A DNA stretch of 50,703 nt, the filler included, from Catajapyx aquilonaris (Eukaryota): NCBI GenBank assembly GCA_000934665.2. It is 3 parts of 3 records of this genome, joined end to end, with 100 filler letters (N's around TTAATTAATTAA, not from the genome) between each part and the next. Parts side by side here need not be neighbours in the genome. Positions count along the whole stretch, not along the records: positions 1 to 16,822 come from JYFJ02007096.1; 2 more parts are not named here. One strand, written 5' to 3'. The notes below the pieces were generated by a model. It had not been told where the DNA came from, searched no databases, and saw only the letters and a list, made by a program, of their open reading frames with translations. Made by a program: the position numbers and the translations under genes. Positions 1 to 10,908 of this stretch are shown in pieces (within the stretch, counting starts at the first letter, position 1; every line of letters begins with the position of its first letter).

Positions 1-941
1 ACACCGCATAACTCGTGACCTAAGGGGCCGATCAGTTGCCTGCAACTCTGGAATTGCTCCTATAGGCCTAAGGAACACATGTGCCAAGTGGCACCTTCTT
101 ATCCCAAAATGCATGGTTAAGACGCTTAGGGCCCGGACTACACAGCCCACATTAACATGTGGCCACAGCAGAGGCGAGGGTAGGTGTCTGTGAGCCCAGA
201 GTGGCTTGGGAGTTGCTCGACTGAATGGCAGGGCGGAGTGTCTGCTGCTACAAGCACGTAAGGCCAGAGGCCACTAGGTAGATGACCATTTGCTTTGCAT
301 TGGTGCATGCACACGGAGCCACAGCCACAGGCCACTCACGCCTGCCACAGGCCCAGTCATAATATCTCCATGCTAGTTCATGCCACGAGGAAAGGGCAGT
401 TTACCACTGTGGATTGTGCAATTAGTGAAGGAAATTAATGTCGAAGGTTTGTATCTGATGTCGAGGCCCATACTGGAATTTGGGATGTATCAGTTGCCAA
501 AGATACTGAGAAATTATTTTTTTAAATAATCTTGCCTCAGTGGCTGATTCAAGCGCTTGCAGTGCTGGGCCCGAGCGACTGTAGTGGTCAGTTGCTGTGG
601 CACGCAACTGGAGTGGCCACATGCGAACCGGCCCTAATTGTCAAAAGGAGCTTCTAAAGCTTGTCTGAGAAAATAAGTAGCTGTGTGAACAGAGAATTGA
701 TTGGGAATGACCATCTAGAATGTTTTTCACACAATGCATCCATGTGATTGTCACTGGTACAAAACGATGTGCAGATGTTTAAGAGATAGATTTTTTTTGT
801 TAATCTAACCTGCACAAGTCATTCCTGCAACAGTGACAGAATCACTTGGAAATCATGTGATAGTACAGTCATCACAAGAGGTATAATTTAGTATATAATA
901 CATAATTCATAATCTGCCATAAGTACACATTTGACATTGTA

Positions 942-1035
942 ATTAATATAGCGGCCACTTCCAAAGAAGCGCCAGCACCATTTTGAATAGCAAGGACATT
1001 TCTAAATGCGATATCAAACTACCAACAACTAGGCC
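942..1035 (+). repeat. 94-bp direct repeat, copy 1
   Basis: attaatatagcggccacttccaaagaagc..caactaggcc; 4 mismatches against 3204-3297. Confidence 0.9.
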
Positions 1036-1229
1036 AGGAATTTCAGGTATTTTCCATAATGGACAACCCAGCGATGGAGAGGTGGTGTACATGATATTGA
1101 GAAGTCTTGGCAGGGACTACAAAGGGAGTTCCTGTCTCTGCTGATGCTATCAGTCTTTTAACAATGGAAAAGACATACATAACATTGTCATGTGGACTCT
1201 TACAGGGTTTGCATCATACACCCTAAGTA

Positions 1230-2771
1230 GGTTCCCATATGCAGGAAGTACTTGTTTTAGGCAGCTTCACATTAATGCCAGTTTCAGAATTAACCTTGAA
1301 AAAAATTTCAATTGGAAAATTGTGAAAAACTGAAAATAATAATAATATTGAAACACTAACACATTTCTGCCACAAAGGGTGTGAGTCCCAACACGCAATT
1401 TTGTTTTTAGTGGTGCATTGTGGCGGGATGTATAGATACATATAGTGCGGTATAATTGGTCTCTGCCCTCTCTGAAGTACTGTAGCCAATGTTACAATAC
1501 ATGTATGTAATGACAGGCGTTCACATCGACTATTCCTGAGGTCTTCTTGGCCAAACGAATTATTTGCCACTGCTCTGCTTCAAAACTCCGAATGGCATCC
1601 ATCAAACTCAATGTAGGCAATATTGTTTTTGCTCGAACGTTGAACAAGGTGTAACTGTATGTAGGGTCAACTTGGCAAGTGGTCATTGCAGGTGCCTTCA
1701 GAATGCTGGCGCAAATTATTTTCTGCAGGTTGTGCCTTAAGTGGGTTGCTATAGGATTATTGTTGCACTCAGACCAATGCCAAATGATAGAGAATCAGAC
1801 ATTTTTGAGGGGATCTTGGTTTAAGTTTGCAGTTGCCAGGTATATGCCCCTTCTTTATGCAGATCTTGCCAAAGAAGTGATTGCCTTTAGAATTTGCTGG
1901 AGTCCACGAAAGCATGGCAGCACAGTTTTCCCCCTTTCTATGACTCTCTACAACTCCACCCAACTAACGGAATCCTGCATTATTTTCAGAATGTGAGGAT
2001 TATGATTAGACACTCCAGAAGCATATCATTTTCTCGAGTTTTGCAAAACATGGCTGTTTAATGCATCAAAAATGCTATCCAGTTTTTTGCAAAATGTAGC
2101 TGTGTGTAGGGCTGTTTTTTCCATCTGGTTTAGTAGAACCAAAGTTCGGATTACAGAGGCCACTGAATGGCTGAATGCTTGCGTGGCATAGCTAACTTTT
2201 ATTTTGCCGTACCCAGTCACATCCACATGAATCCTTTTCATTTGAGGTGCCAGGTGCAAGAGGCGGGTGTTTTTACTATCGATCCCATACATATGTAGGA
2301 TGTGTCTCTAGGACGAGATGTTGTCACCAATAGCTATATCATATTTTTGCATATTATTTCTAAAGCTTTTACGCAAATGAGGTATGTCATATAAAATATA
2401 CATTTCTCTTATTTTCTGTCATAATATATGGTATCTCATGGCTGACAGCTAAAGCCTTCTGAAGCGACTGGTTGGCAAGGGTTGGTGTAGGGGTCATAGG
2501 GTATAGGGTCAAGGGGGAGATAAAGTAGGGGGACACGGACACCTGTCAGTTAAGAAAGCATATGGGAACTGGGAGTGGCAACATTGTCTCTCTGCCTGTG
2601 ATTTTGGCTCCTCCTGAGCACTGAATGCTGAGTCCATTCTGCCAGCTGGCGGCACAGTCTGGTCCGCGCCAGTCCATGCCATCCGATGGCATAGCACTAA
2701 CACTATACTAGAAGACCAGGATCGCAGTTTCACATAGAGGTGGCGCATCTCCCTATCCTTTAATATCTATG
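1230..2771 (-). pseudogene. Degraded P-element/THAP9-type transposase with a putative element end
   Basis: Frameshifted fragments YDIPHLRKSFRNN (about 2400-2345), KIKVSYATQAFSHSVA, FCKKLDSIFDALNS and LNQDPLKN..FSII..NNNP match conserved P-transposase motifs. CATAGATATTA.. at 2771 (-) resembles a P-type terminus. Confidence 0.75.
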
Positions 2772-3203
2772 ATCTGTGGGAAATTTTTGGAACCTGTCTC
2801 ATTCACTTTTACATTATCATTTTGTCTTTTTTACCCCAATTAATTTTATGCTGCTGTGTTGCTGGAATGAATTACCAATGTAAAATAGGTACTTCCTATA
2901 TCTTTACTAGATGTCTCCTCATGAATTAATCCTTCAATTTTCCTAGATTTCTTATCAAGCTTTTATGAGTTTCCATGAATATGGTGACATAAGGATGTGA
3001 TGTTACATTATCCAACCTTTTTTTTTTTTGCTTACAGAATTCCAAAAGTTCTAGTGAGCAACAAGCTAGTGGTAGTTTGATAACATGTTATTGTTACTTT
3101 ACGATGGAAGGGAGACATGGGTCCGTCTGCATGCTGACAGCTGCATTGTTGATTGTTGCCTGTCTCAGTGTAGGCAACTGTTTGCAGTATCTGCATTTGG
3201 TAT

Positions 3204-3297
3204 ATTAATATAGCGGCCACTTCCAAAGAAGCACCAGCACCATTTTGAATAGTGAGGACATTTCTAAATGCAATATCAAACTACCAACAACTAGGCC
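3204..3297 (+). repeat. 94-bp direct repeat, copy 2
   Basis: Matches 942-1035 at 90 of 94 positions. Confidence 0.9.
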
Positions 3298-3800
3298 TCC
3301 AGAAGATTCTGGCTGACCAGAAGATTCCTTATTTCTTATACCATTTGGTATTTTTCACCCCTCAAGTTGCATTGGGCCAACAAGTACAGTGGTAGAAAAA
3401 AAAACTGAATAAGCATGCACGGATGGAAGCATGCATAAGCAAGTCACATTCACACATGGTTCCACCCATGCTGCTTGCCAGGGTACAGGGCGGTTTTTTC
3501 CACTGCTGTACACTGGCAACCAGATGTCCAACTCGTAAACTATCACTAATAATAGTTATAGTATAGTTCAGGCATTAGAAACTCATTTAGAACTGTCTTC
3601 AGTTTTAAAAAGCATCTTAATCATTTACTGTGTCAGAGTTATGGCGACCCGACCATAAAGGCCCCCCGCCAATCTTAATCATTTACTGGGCAAACCTACA
3701 ACCTCATTCAGAAGGACGGCAACATTTGAAAGGAAAGAATTGTGTACCCAGTAGGAAGATTATTTTTGTACTAAAGTTGTTCTGGAGCAGAAGCCAAGTT

Positions 3801-6800
3801 TCAGAGTCTAGTTGATCTCACTGTGAGTCCAAGCAACTTCCCTGCCAATGCTGCACCTGGATCCACCCTATGTTGGCAACACTGGTTTTCCTTCCCTTGA
3901 TTCACTTCATCTGTGAACCGCACTTGCCTGCATGCAAATGGGTTGACAACCTTGGTTGGATCTACAGGTGCCGAGGTCACTTCAATGCTGCTGTCGCCTG
4001 GATCTGCACTCAGTGTAGAGTCATTTGGGTTGATAGCATTAGCTCCATGTCGTCGCGCAGCAGCCTCCCTGGCGATGAGTCTTTTCTCACGCCTTCGGAG
4101 TTGTGATTCTCGCCTGCGGAGGTTCAGTTCACGGAGATGGAGTTGGAGCTGGAGTTTCGTTGATGTAGATGATGATGTACTTGAAATGGGAGTGGCATCA
4201 GTGGGAGGAGTCTGTGGTTTGTTTAAGGAAGGGTGGTGTAACAGCATGGTCAGTGTAGGACGAAACTTCACATCAGGAGTCAGCAGCCATGTTGTCATCC
4301 AGCGGAGGTCAGACTTGTAGGTACGTGGGATGGGGCGTAGTCTGAAATTTTGCAAGACTTATTGAGCTTCCCCAACTCACACTCTGCTCTATGTCACATG
4401 GTAAAGGAAAGGCAAGAAATGAGATAGGGGAGACCGGGGCGCGATTGCTACAGGGGTATGATGGCACAGTCAAATTTGTGAAGTGGCTATTAGGTTCACG
4501 AACCTGATGTGGTATGTGCAGATAGACATGCTCCGACATTACACCCTATTTTCAATTCGATCGCAAAGAGTGTCGGCGGCAGCACCGATTTTTCCGGTTT
4601 TTGACCATCTGAGTAAACTTCAATTTTTCATTTGTTTTTCCTTTTCCAATGGAAGTGCTAGATCACTGAGTCCAATAATGCGTTTGCAAGGCAGAATATC
4701 TGCCTACAAAATGATAGCATACATGGCCCTTTATTATTTGTCACTCTTGAGTAGGAGGGCTCGAAAGGTCGAAAAACGCCTATGGGGCACGACGGCACAT
4801 TTTGCTTGGGGCATGTTGACATGTGTCTATCAAATTTGGCTGACCATGGCCTCTCCCCTGTCACTCATTAGGCCGGGATCTTGCGCGAGTATGGGATGAA
4901 AGTATCCGACGTCACAGTCAACTTCGATTGGATGCATCCAGCCAATCTGAGTCGACCGTGATGTCAGAGCCATCTTGCGCGAGTATGATAAAAGGCCACT
5001 TTTATCATACTCACGCAAGATGGCGGCCGTTCTTGTAATATCTTTGTAACATCTTTGGATATAAATCAGTAATTCGTATGAAAGTGATTTTCATATTATT
5101 TTATAAGCCTTACCTTCGCTTTTATTACTGTGCCAACGTGCCCCATGCCTTGTGCCAACGTGCCCCATCGCCCCATGCCTTGTGCCATCGTGCCCCGGGC
5201 AAAGGGCACAATGGCACATGTGCATAGACCTTTAAAACATTCTAGTGGATAGCATGTCGAAAATGCAAGCATGTGAAAATATCACATAATGTGCTCAAAT
5301 GTCTAAAGTATTTTTCAATATAAGAATTACCATGAATAAGTCAACTGACCTCAGAAAAAAATGACATGTAAAAAGTGTGCCATCTAGCCCCGGTCTCCCC
5401 TACTACATGTTTCATTTATCTCATGCCAGTTTAAATTGAAATGTCTATGATGCTCCTGTGTCAAGTTGGAACACCTGATCCTGAGTGCAATCAGAAAATA
5501 TGAACTATTAAGAAGAAGGGAAGGAGCATTCCCCTGTGCAAGTCTCCCCCTCTTCCTTGCACTTCCCTTGTCAGGGTTCCAGCAGGACTTGTGGGTGTAC
5601 GTAACATTTCTGCTGATATGGATGTGAGCTATAGTATTATGAAACACATGGTGCATATGGGGCATTCCATGTGAAGCTGGCCACCATTTCTCGTTGTCTT
5701 CATCAATTTGCATGGTATTTGGTCTGTACCTCTGTTGTAGGCCTACTAATGCATATACACCTGTGAGCCAACCCATTCTGCCATCTACTGATTGGCGTAT
5801 GTAATGCTGCCAATATAAGAGGGCAGTCAGTGCTTTGGAGATAAAAATGGCTTGTATATCATTAGCTAAGGCAGCATTTCTCAACCAGGGTTCCACGAGA
5901 AATAATATAATATACTAGCAGGTTACCCGGCGTTGCCCGTGTATGTTGGGGTGCTGGTAAAGGTAGGGGTACATACACAGTAATTTAGGAAGTGTGTGTG
6001 TGTTTGTAAAAATTTCCCTTCCATACACTCGAAACTCGATATGTCTTAAAATAGGCCCTATACGTTGCAATATATAAGCCAAAGTTTGTCACTATCTGTG
6101 ATAGATTACCTGCTTGTCTTAATAGCATATAGTCGACACAGATATTCTGATTGGATGTGTAAAAAGAGGTATGCGGATGGAGTTGGCCCAGGAAAAGACT
6201 GCACAGCCACATGTTTTCCCCCCTGCATTTTTAACCCCTTGACCCCCNCCCCCAACCCCACTTCACACCCCCACCTCGTTACATATGTTTGCTCTGGAGA
6301 ACTTTAGAAATGTACGTACAGATGCATGGTGGGAAATTTGTTTTCAACACGGAGTAATATTTGTAAATACTGTATTATTTTATTGTATTTATTATTGTAT
6401 TATTATATAAATAATGGATACCCCGTGATAGGCCCCTTGGGCCTCTTAGGGGATCATCTTTTGAATATCCGACTTTAATCATTTGCCTGTAATGTGATGG
6501 ATTTTGATAGTGGGAGGAAATGGGAGAACCCCGAGAAAACCCACGCGAACACGGAGAGAACCCATCGAAACTCTATCCACATAAGTATCCTCCGTCCGAC
6601 CCGGGGATCGAACTCGGGACCTCAGAGGTGGTAGGATGCGGCGCTAACCACTCGGCCACCGTGTCGCCCCATTGTATTATTATATATTTAGTCTAGTTTC
6701 AAATCCCACAAAATCCCAGAATGACCATACGATACGAACTCACGTGAGCTGCCCAATTAGCATAATTGGTGGATGCGTTGAATTTACGGCAATGGTTTTT

Positions 6801-9800
6801 TTGCATTAAGGCATTTCCATGGGAATGTGAATTGATATATTGTTATTTGATTTTCATGTAAGTGAATTGTTGAGGCCCGAGAAGAGAGAAGATTCAGGAA
6901 TATGCGTGTTGTGGGAGTTAGGTTCATTTTCGGAAGCTGAAACATGCGGCGTTAGATTCCTTGGAAAATGTAACCCCCGATATGCTAATTTAAGGCGGTG
7001 TAAGGGCCTTCCCCTGGATTTCTATAAGGGACAAACATCCAAACTCACAAATTCACAAACTGTTGTTTGTTTGGCCCTTATAGAAATCCAGGGGAAGGCC
7101 CCTACACCGCCTTAAATTAGCATATCGGGGGTTACATTTTTCAAGAAATTTAATGCCGCATGTTTCAGCTTCCGAAAATGAACCTAACTCCCACAACACG
7201 CATATTCCCGAATCTTATTCTCACTACTCGCGCCTCAACAATTAACAAAATTGTATCAACATCAATAACTCTTTTCGAAGTTCGCAATCCCATGGAAATG
7301 CCCTTATGCAACAATACCTGGCAAATTAATCCATCACTTGCATTGCATCTATATAATTATTATCTTGCGCCTCTCTTTTTTACACGTCCCATCGCCGTAA
7401 ATTCAACGCATCCACCAATATTACACTAATATATTGGCCACCTCACGTGAGTTCATATTGTGCCATTCCTGGATTTTGTGGGATTTGAAAGTAGACTTCC
7501 AGACACAAATAAATACGAAAAATACAGTATTTACAAAAATTACTCATTGTTGAAAACAAAATTACCCACCTGAGTCTGTATGTACATTTCTAAACTTCTT
7601 CAGGACAAACATAATTATGGAATGGGCTGGGGGGTGTGAGGTGGGGTTGGGGGGTGAAGGAGTCAGAAATTCTGGGGGGAAGCCACATGGCTCTGCAGTC
7701 TTTTCCTGGGCCAACTCTATCCGCATTCCTCTTTTTACACATCCAATCAGCATATAACTGAAGCAGGGAATCTATCACAGATAGTGACTAACTTTGGCTT
7801 ATTGTAACTTATAAGGCCTGTTTTAAAGTATATCGAGTTTCGAGTGTATGGAACGCAAAGATTACAAACAAACTTGCTAAAATATACCGTATGTACCCCT
7901 ACCTTTACCAGCACCCCAACATACTTCAGCCAGCGCCGGGTAACCTGCTAGTTATATATATAATATATACAGTAGGCTATATATAATATAATAATAAAAT
8001 AGTGATGAATAGGCTAAACGTATGTAATGTTTTTTGAGTCATTAATTGATATAATGATTTTTATGTAGGGGTTCCCTGAGACTTCAATTTTATTTCAAGG
8101 GTTCTGCAAGGGTAAAAAGGTTGAGAAACGCTGAGCAAAGGCAGAGTGTCAGACCTGATTTCATAAGAGCTTCTTATGTTCGTTCTTGGAAGACACCTGT
8201 TTTTGGTATCTGGAAAAGTATCTTCAATAAATAAACTATTTTTTGAACGGGCTTCTAAAACATCAATGGAATATTTACTGGATACTCCCAAATTGCCACA
8301 GTGAGCAATGCATAGGTTGGCATCAGTAATGCAGATACTGAATTGATGCATACTAAATGCATACTAAATTGCTGACATGATCTGGCTTTGTGATTAGGTA
8401 CCAATCTGTAGATGGTGAAATGGGTTGGCTCAGATGTACTCGTATATCCATTAGTCCAACAGATGTACAGTCGGTTAAAGGATTTCCTTACCACATGAGG
8501 CGGGGAAATTAGCCTCCAACAGAGGTGCAAGTCATTGCATCAGGGGGAGGCAGCACAGTCTCTGTTGGAGGCTAATTTCTCTGCCTCATGTGGTAAGGAA
8601 ATCCTTTAACTGACTGTATCAGATATGATGCAAATCAATAAAGAGGGAGGGAAAAGGGCCAATTCCACGTAGGATGTCTCATATATATTTGCTATAGGAT
8701 CATGTGGACACACTAATTCACTAAATCTAGCAATGCATGTACTGACCTCCCCTCGCGTATCCTGAAGGCAACTTGACTGGATGGAACTGTGGACAACGGA
8801 GTGAGTGTGCATATCTCATACAAGAGACACCCCAAAGCCCAGATTTCAGACTTTTCATCTGTCTTGGGCATTGGTTGATGGCCCTCAGGTAGGGAGAAGC
8901 CTCCAACCTTGGCCCTTCCATGAGAATCCAGGAAGATGTTAGCAGGGCGAAGGTCAGAAGGCAGGCCCAACGCAAAGGAGCATAAAGACTGCAGTCCTAG
9001 GGTCAGATCACGCAGAACTCCCCATACAAATGGTTCAAGTAGAAATGTACTGGAACTAAGAAGTTGGGATGTGACAGTACAATACATATTAACATCTCTT
9101 CTATTGGAGGGGGTTGGGGGAAAGAGATGCACAATATTGCTTTAATAGAGTACCAGTACTTGAATAGTGCATACAAATATTTATTTTTTATGTAGGCCTA
9201 TTTATTTTTTTCCAGTGTAGGTATAGAAAATCAGCATGTAATGAACACGATACTCTAGTTTGATAGCTTATAACTGCATACAGTTTCCCCCATTTCCCCT
9301 TACAATGAATGCAGTTATTACGTACTTGATAAGTAGCATTAACAGTCAATGATGCCACTGTTCAGTTTACAATAAAATATGTTAAGAAAGAGCGAGTGTC
9401 ATACCTCCTGCACTTTTGCAATAGTTTTCCTAGGTTCCCACCTTCACACCATTCTGTAACAAGACATACTATGTGACGCTTTTTGTCAATGATGTGGTCG
9501 TAGTAGCGCAGCACATTTGGATGCCTCAGGTCCTTTAAAAAGCTTGCTTGTGACAATAGAACCTGACAAGAGAATACAGAAACCATTATTATACATCACA
9601 TAGGCTAGAACTATGGGTGTACACCATGATGAAACTGAGAATAGGACTGTACGGTATTAGGGATCCTGGGTATACATGTCCCGACAAATTTTTCATAATT
9701 CACACCCCATTATCAGCCATCGGCTCTTTAGGGGGGAAGTTTTTTTTTTGCCTGGAACTCTTTGCTTTCATTTTACTGTGCTCTTTGGGATAGGATAGGG

Positions 9801-10430
9801 ACGGAAGGAAGCAGCTGTGGCCTATTAATTACGGAAACAACCCCGGAATTTTCCTGGAAGGACCATGGGAAACCACAGAAAACCACGGTCAGAGTTGCCG
9901 GCCCCAGGATTAGAACCCAGGACCTCCCGATTAGCAGTCGGACGCCTTATCCACTATGCCAACCTGCTTCGGTCATGTCCCGACAAAAAGGATGCATATA
10001 ATAAACTAAAGCTGGGTATCCACGCCAGAGTTTTCTCTTGTCAGAGAAGCCAACTGCACATGCCCATATCAGAAGAAGAGAAACAGTAGAAACTTTCAAC
10101 TTTAATCCCCTTTCCGAGGGGCCATGAGGCGACATGGAGTCCCGTCTCGTCGGACAAGTTTTCTCGCGCAAAAGGATTCTGTCACGAGAAACTTTTACGT
10201 GGATACCCAGCTTAATACATTCTGAAACATTTATGACAGGTATAGGAGAAAAGTTTGCTTCTGAAGGTTACAAAAATGCGGCAGTTTACCTTCCTCTCAT
10301 AGTGTGACATGAAAGTGTAGTTGACTTCCTTCCAGCATAAAACCTTTCCGTCATTCCTCCGCCTCACCTTCTTGCAACTTGCATCAACACACTCTATAAG
10401 TTCGTAGTCGTGAGCACTTGACGATGGCAT
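3801..10430 (-). CDS. Nek2: NEK2/NIMA-related kinase-like protein, probable pseudokinase (4 exons, about 382 aa)
   Basis: Exons 10430-10290, 9562-9405, 9055-8747 and 4341-3801 join in frame at GT-AG sites (phases 0, 2, 2). The translation is colinear with NEK2: DYE..CKKVRRRNDGKVLCWKEVNY, LRHPNVLRYYDHIID, EWCEGGNL, DLRPANIFLD, EKSEIWALGCLLYEICTL, IREGRLRPIPRTY. A basic coiled coil, RQVRF and KEN follow. Several catalytic motifs are degenerate. Confidence 0.85.
4427..5400. mobile_element. Non-autonomous Tc1/mariner-pogo-type DNA transposon
   Basis: TA|GGGGAGACCGGGGC ... GCCCCGGTCTCCCC|TA: 14-bp TIR and TA target duplication. A second copy starts at 15637. Confidence 0.85.
5915..7951. mobile_element. 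About 2-kb inverted repeat made of two head-to-head non-autonomous Helitron-like copies
   Basis: Arms 5915-~7037 and ~7068-7951 are reverse complements. Both outer ends read ..CGCCGGGTAACCTGCTAG|T (GC-rich hairpin plus CTAG, a Helitron 3' signature). The centre is a (caaa/gttt) microsatellite-like loop. Confidence 0.7.
6410..6670 (-). mobile_element. tRNA-derived SINE, family A (V-domain-like core)
   Basis: A box TGGCCGAGTGG, B box GAGTTCGATCC, core GTGGGTTTTCTCGGGGTTCTCCC.TTTCCTCCCAC. 16-bp TSD attgtattattatata at 6394 and 6671. Confidence 0.9.
8468..8616. mobile_element. Palindromic MITE with TA TSD
   Basis: TA|CAGTCGGTTAAAGGATTTCC...GGAAATCCTTTAACTGACTG|TA; arms about 55 bp. Confidence 0.8.
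9689..9973 (-). mobile_element. tRNA-derived SINE, family B
   Basis: Head GACCGAAGCAGGTTGGCATAGTGG..GGGTTCTAATCC. 14-bp TSD catgtcccgacaaa at 9675 and 9974. Body is shared with 27364-27593. Confidence 0.85.
10010..10212. mobile_element. PIF/Harbinger-type MITE
   Basis: TAA|AGCTGGGTATCCACG ... CGTGGATACCCAGCT|TAA. Confidence 0.8.
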
Positions 10431-10908
10431 ACTCGTCTCGATATTGCACCAGTACGATTAATCCGTGATACGTAATGCTGTTGTTCAAAGAAACCGGTAA
10501 CGGAAAACATATTTGAATTTGCAATCCGCCATCTTTGTGCGGATGTGACATCACATCAGGGCGCATCAAGGTTACAATGTGGTTGTAATTTATATACAGT
10601 GTAGTTGTATCAATTAATATTTATGTAAATGGTGTTACAAAACTGACGTCATGTTTGTTAAATAGTTTACTCAGATTTATTTATCTCTCTCATAATTAAT
10701 TTTTTTTCCGCCGGATGTCGCCCATGTACTGTAGCGTGCTGCCACATTCCGACAATTTTCAGAATTACAGGCTGCCTTACAAAAAAAACACGTCGACAGA
10801 CCTGCCCCTCTTCTCCCTGTTTATTATTTTTTTAATCCAATTTTTCCGGTGTGCAGTTCGACAAGATTAGAACACAACCTGGGGAAATCGGGGTAAACGC
10901 ACTTCAAC

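Larger units (their letters stand above)
5872..8133. mobile_element. hAT MITE interrupted by the Helitron palindrome
   Basis: TIR CAGCATTTCTCAACC / GGTTGAGAAACGCTG; 8-bp TSD AGCTAAGG / AGCAAAGG; subterminal GGGTTCC motifs. Confidence 0.75.

Noticed and set aside
130..635. Possible Harbinger-like MITE (TTA|GGGCCCGG ... CCGGCCC|TAA)
   Set aside because: The TIR match is too short and degenerate to call.
5384..5896. 170-aa minus-strand ORF in the NEK2-like intron as a missing kinase exon
   Set aside because: No kinase similarity, it overlaps transposon ends, and exons 3 and 4 already join colinearly with NEK2.
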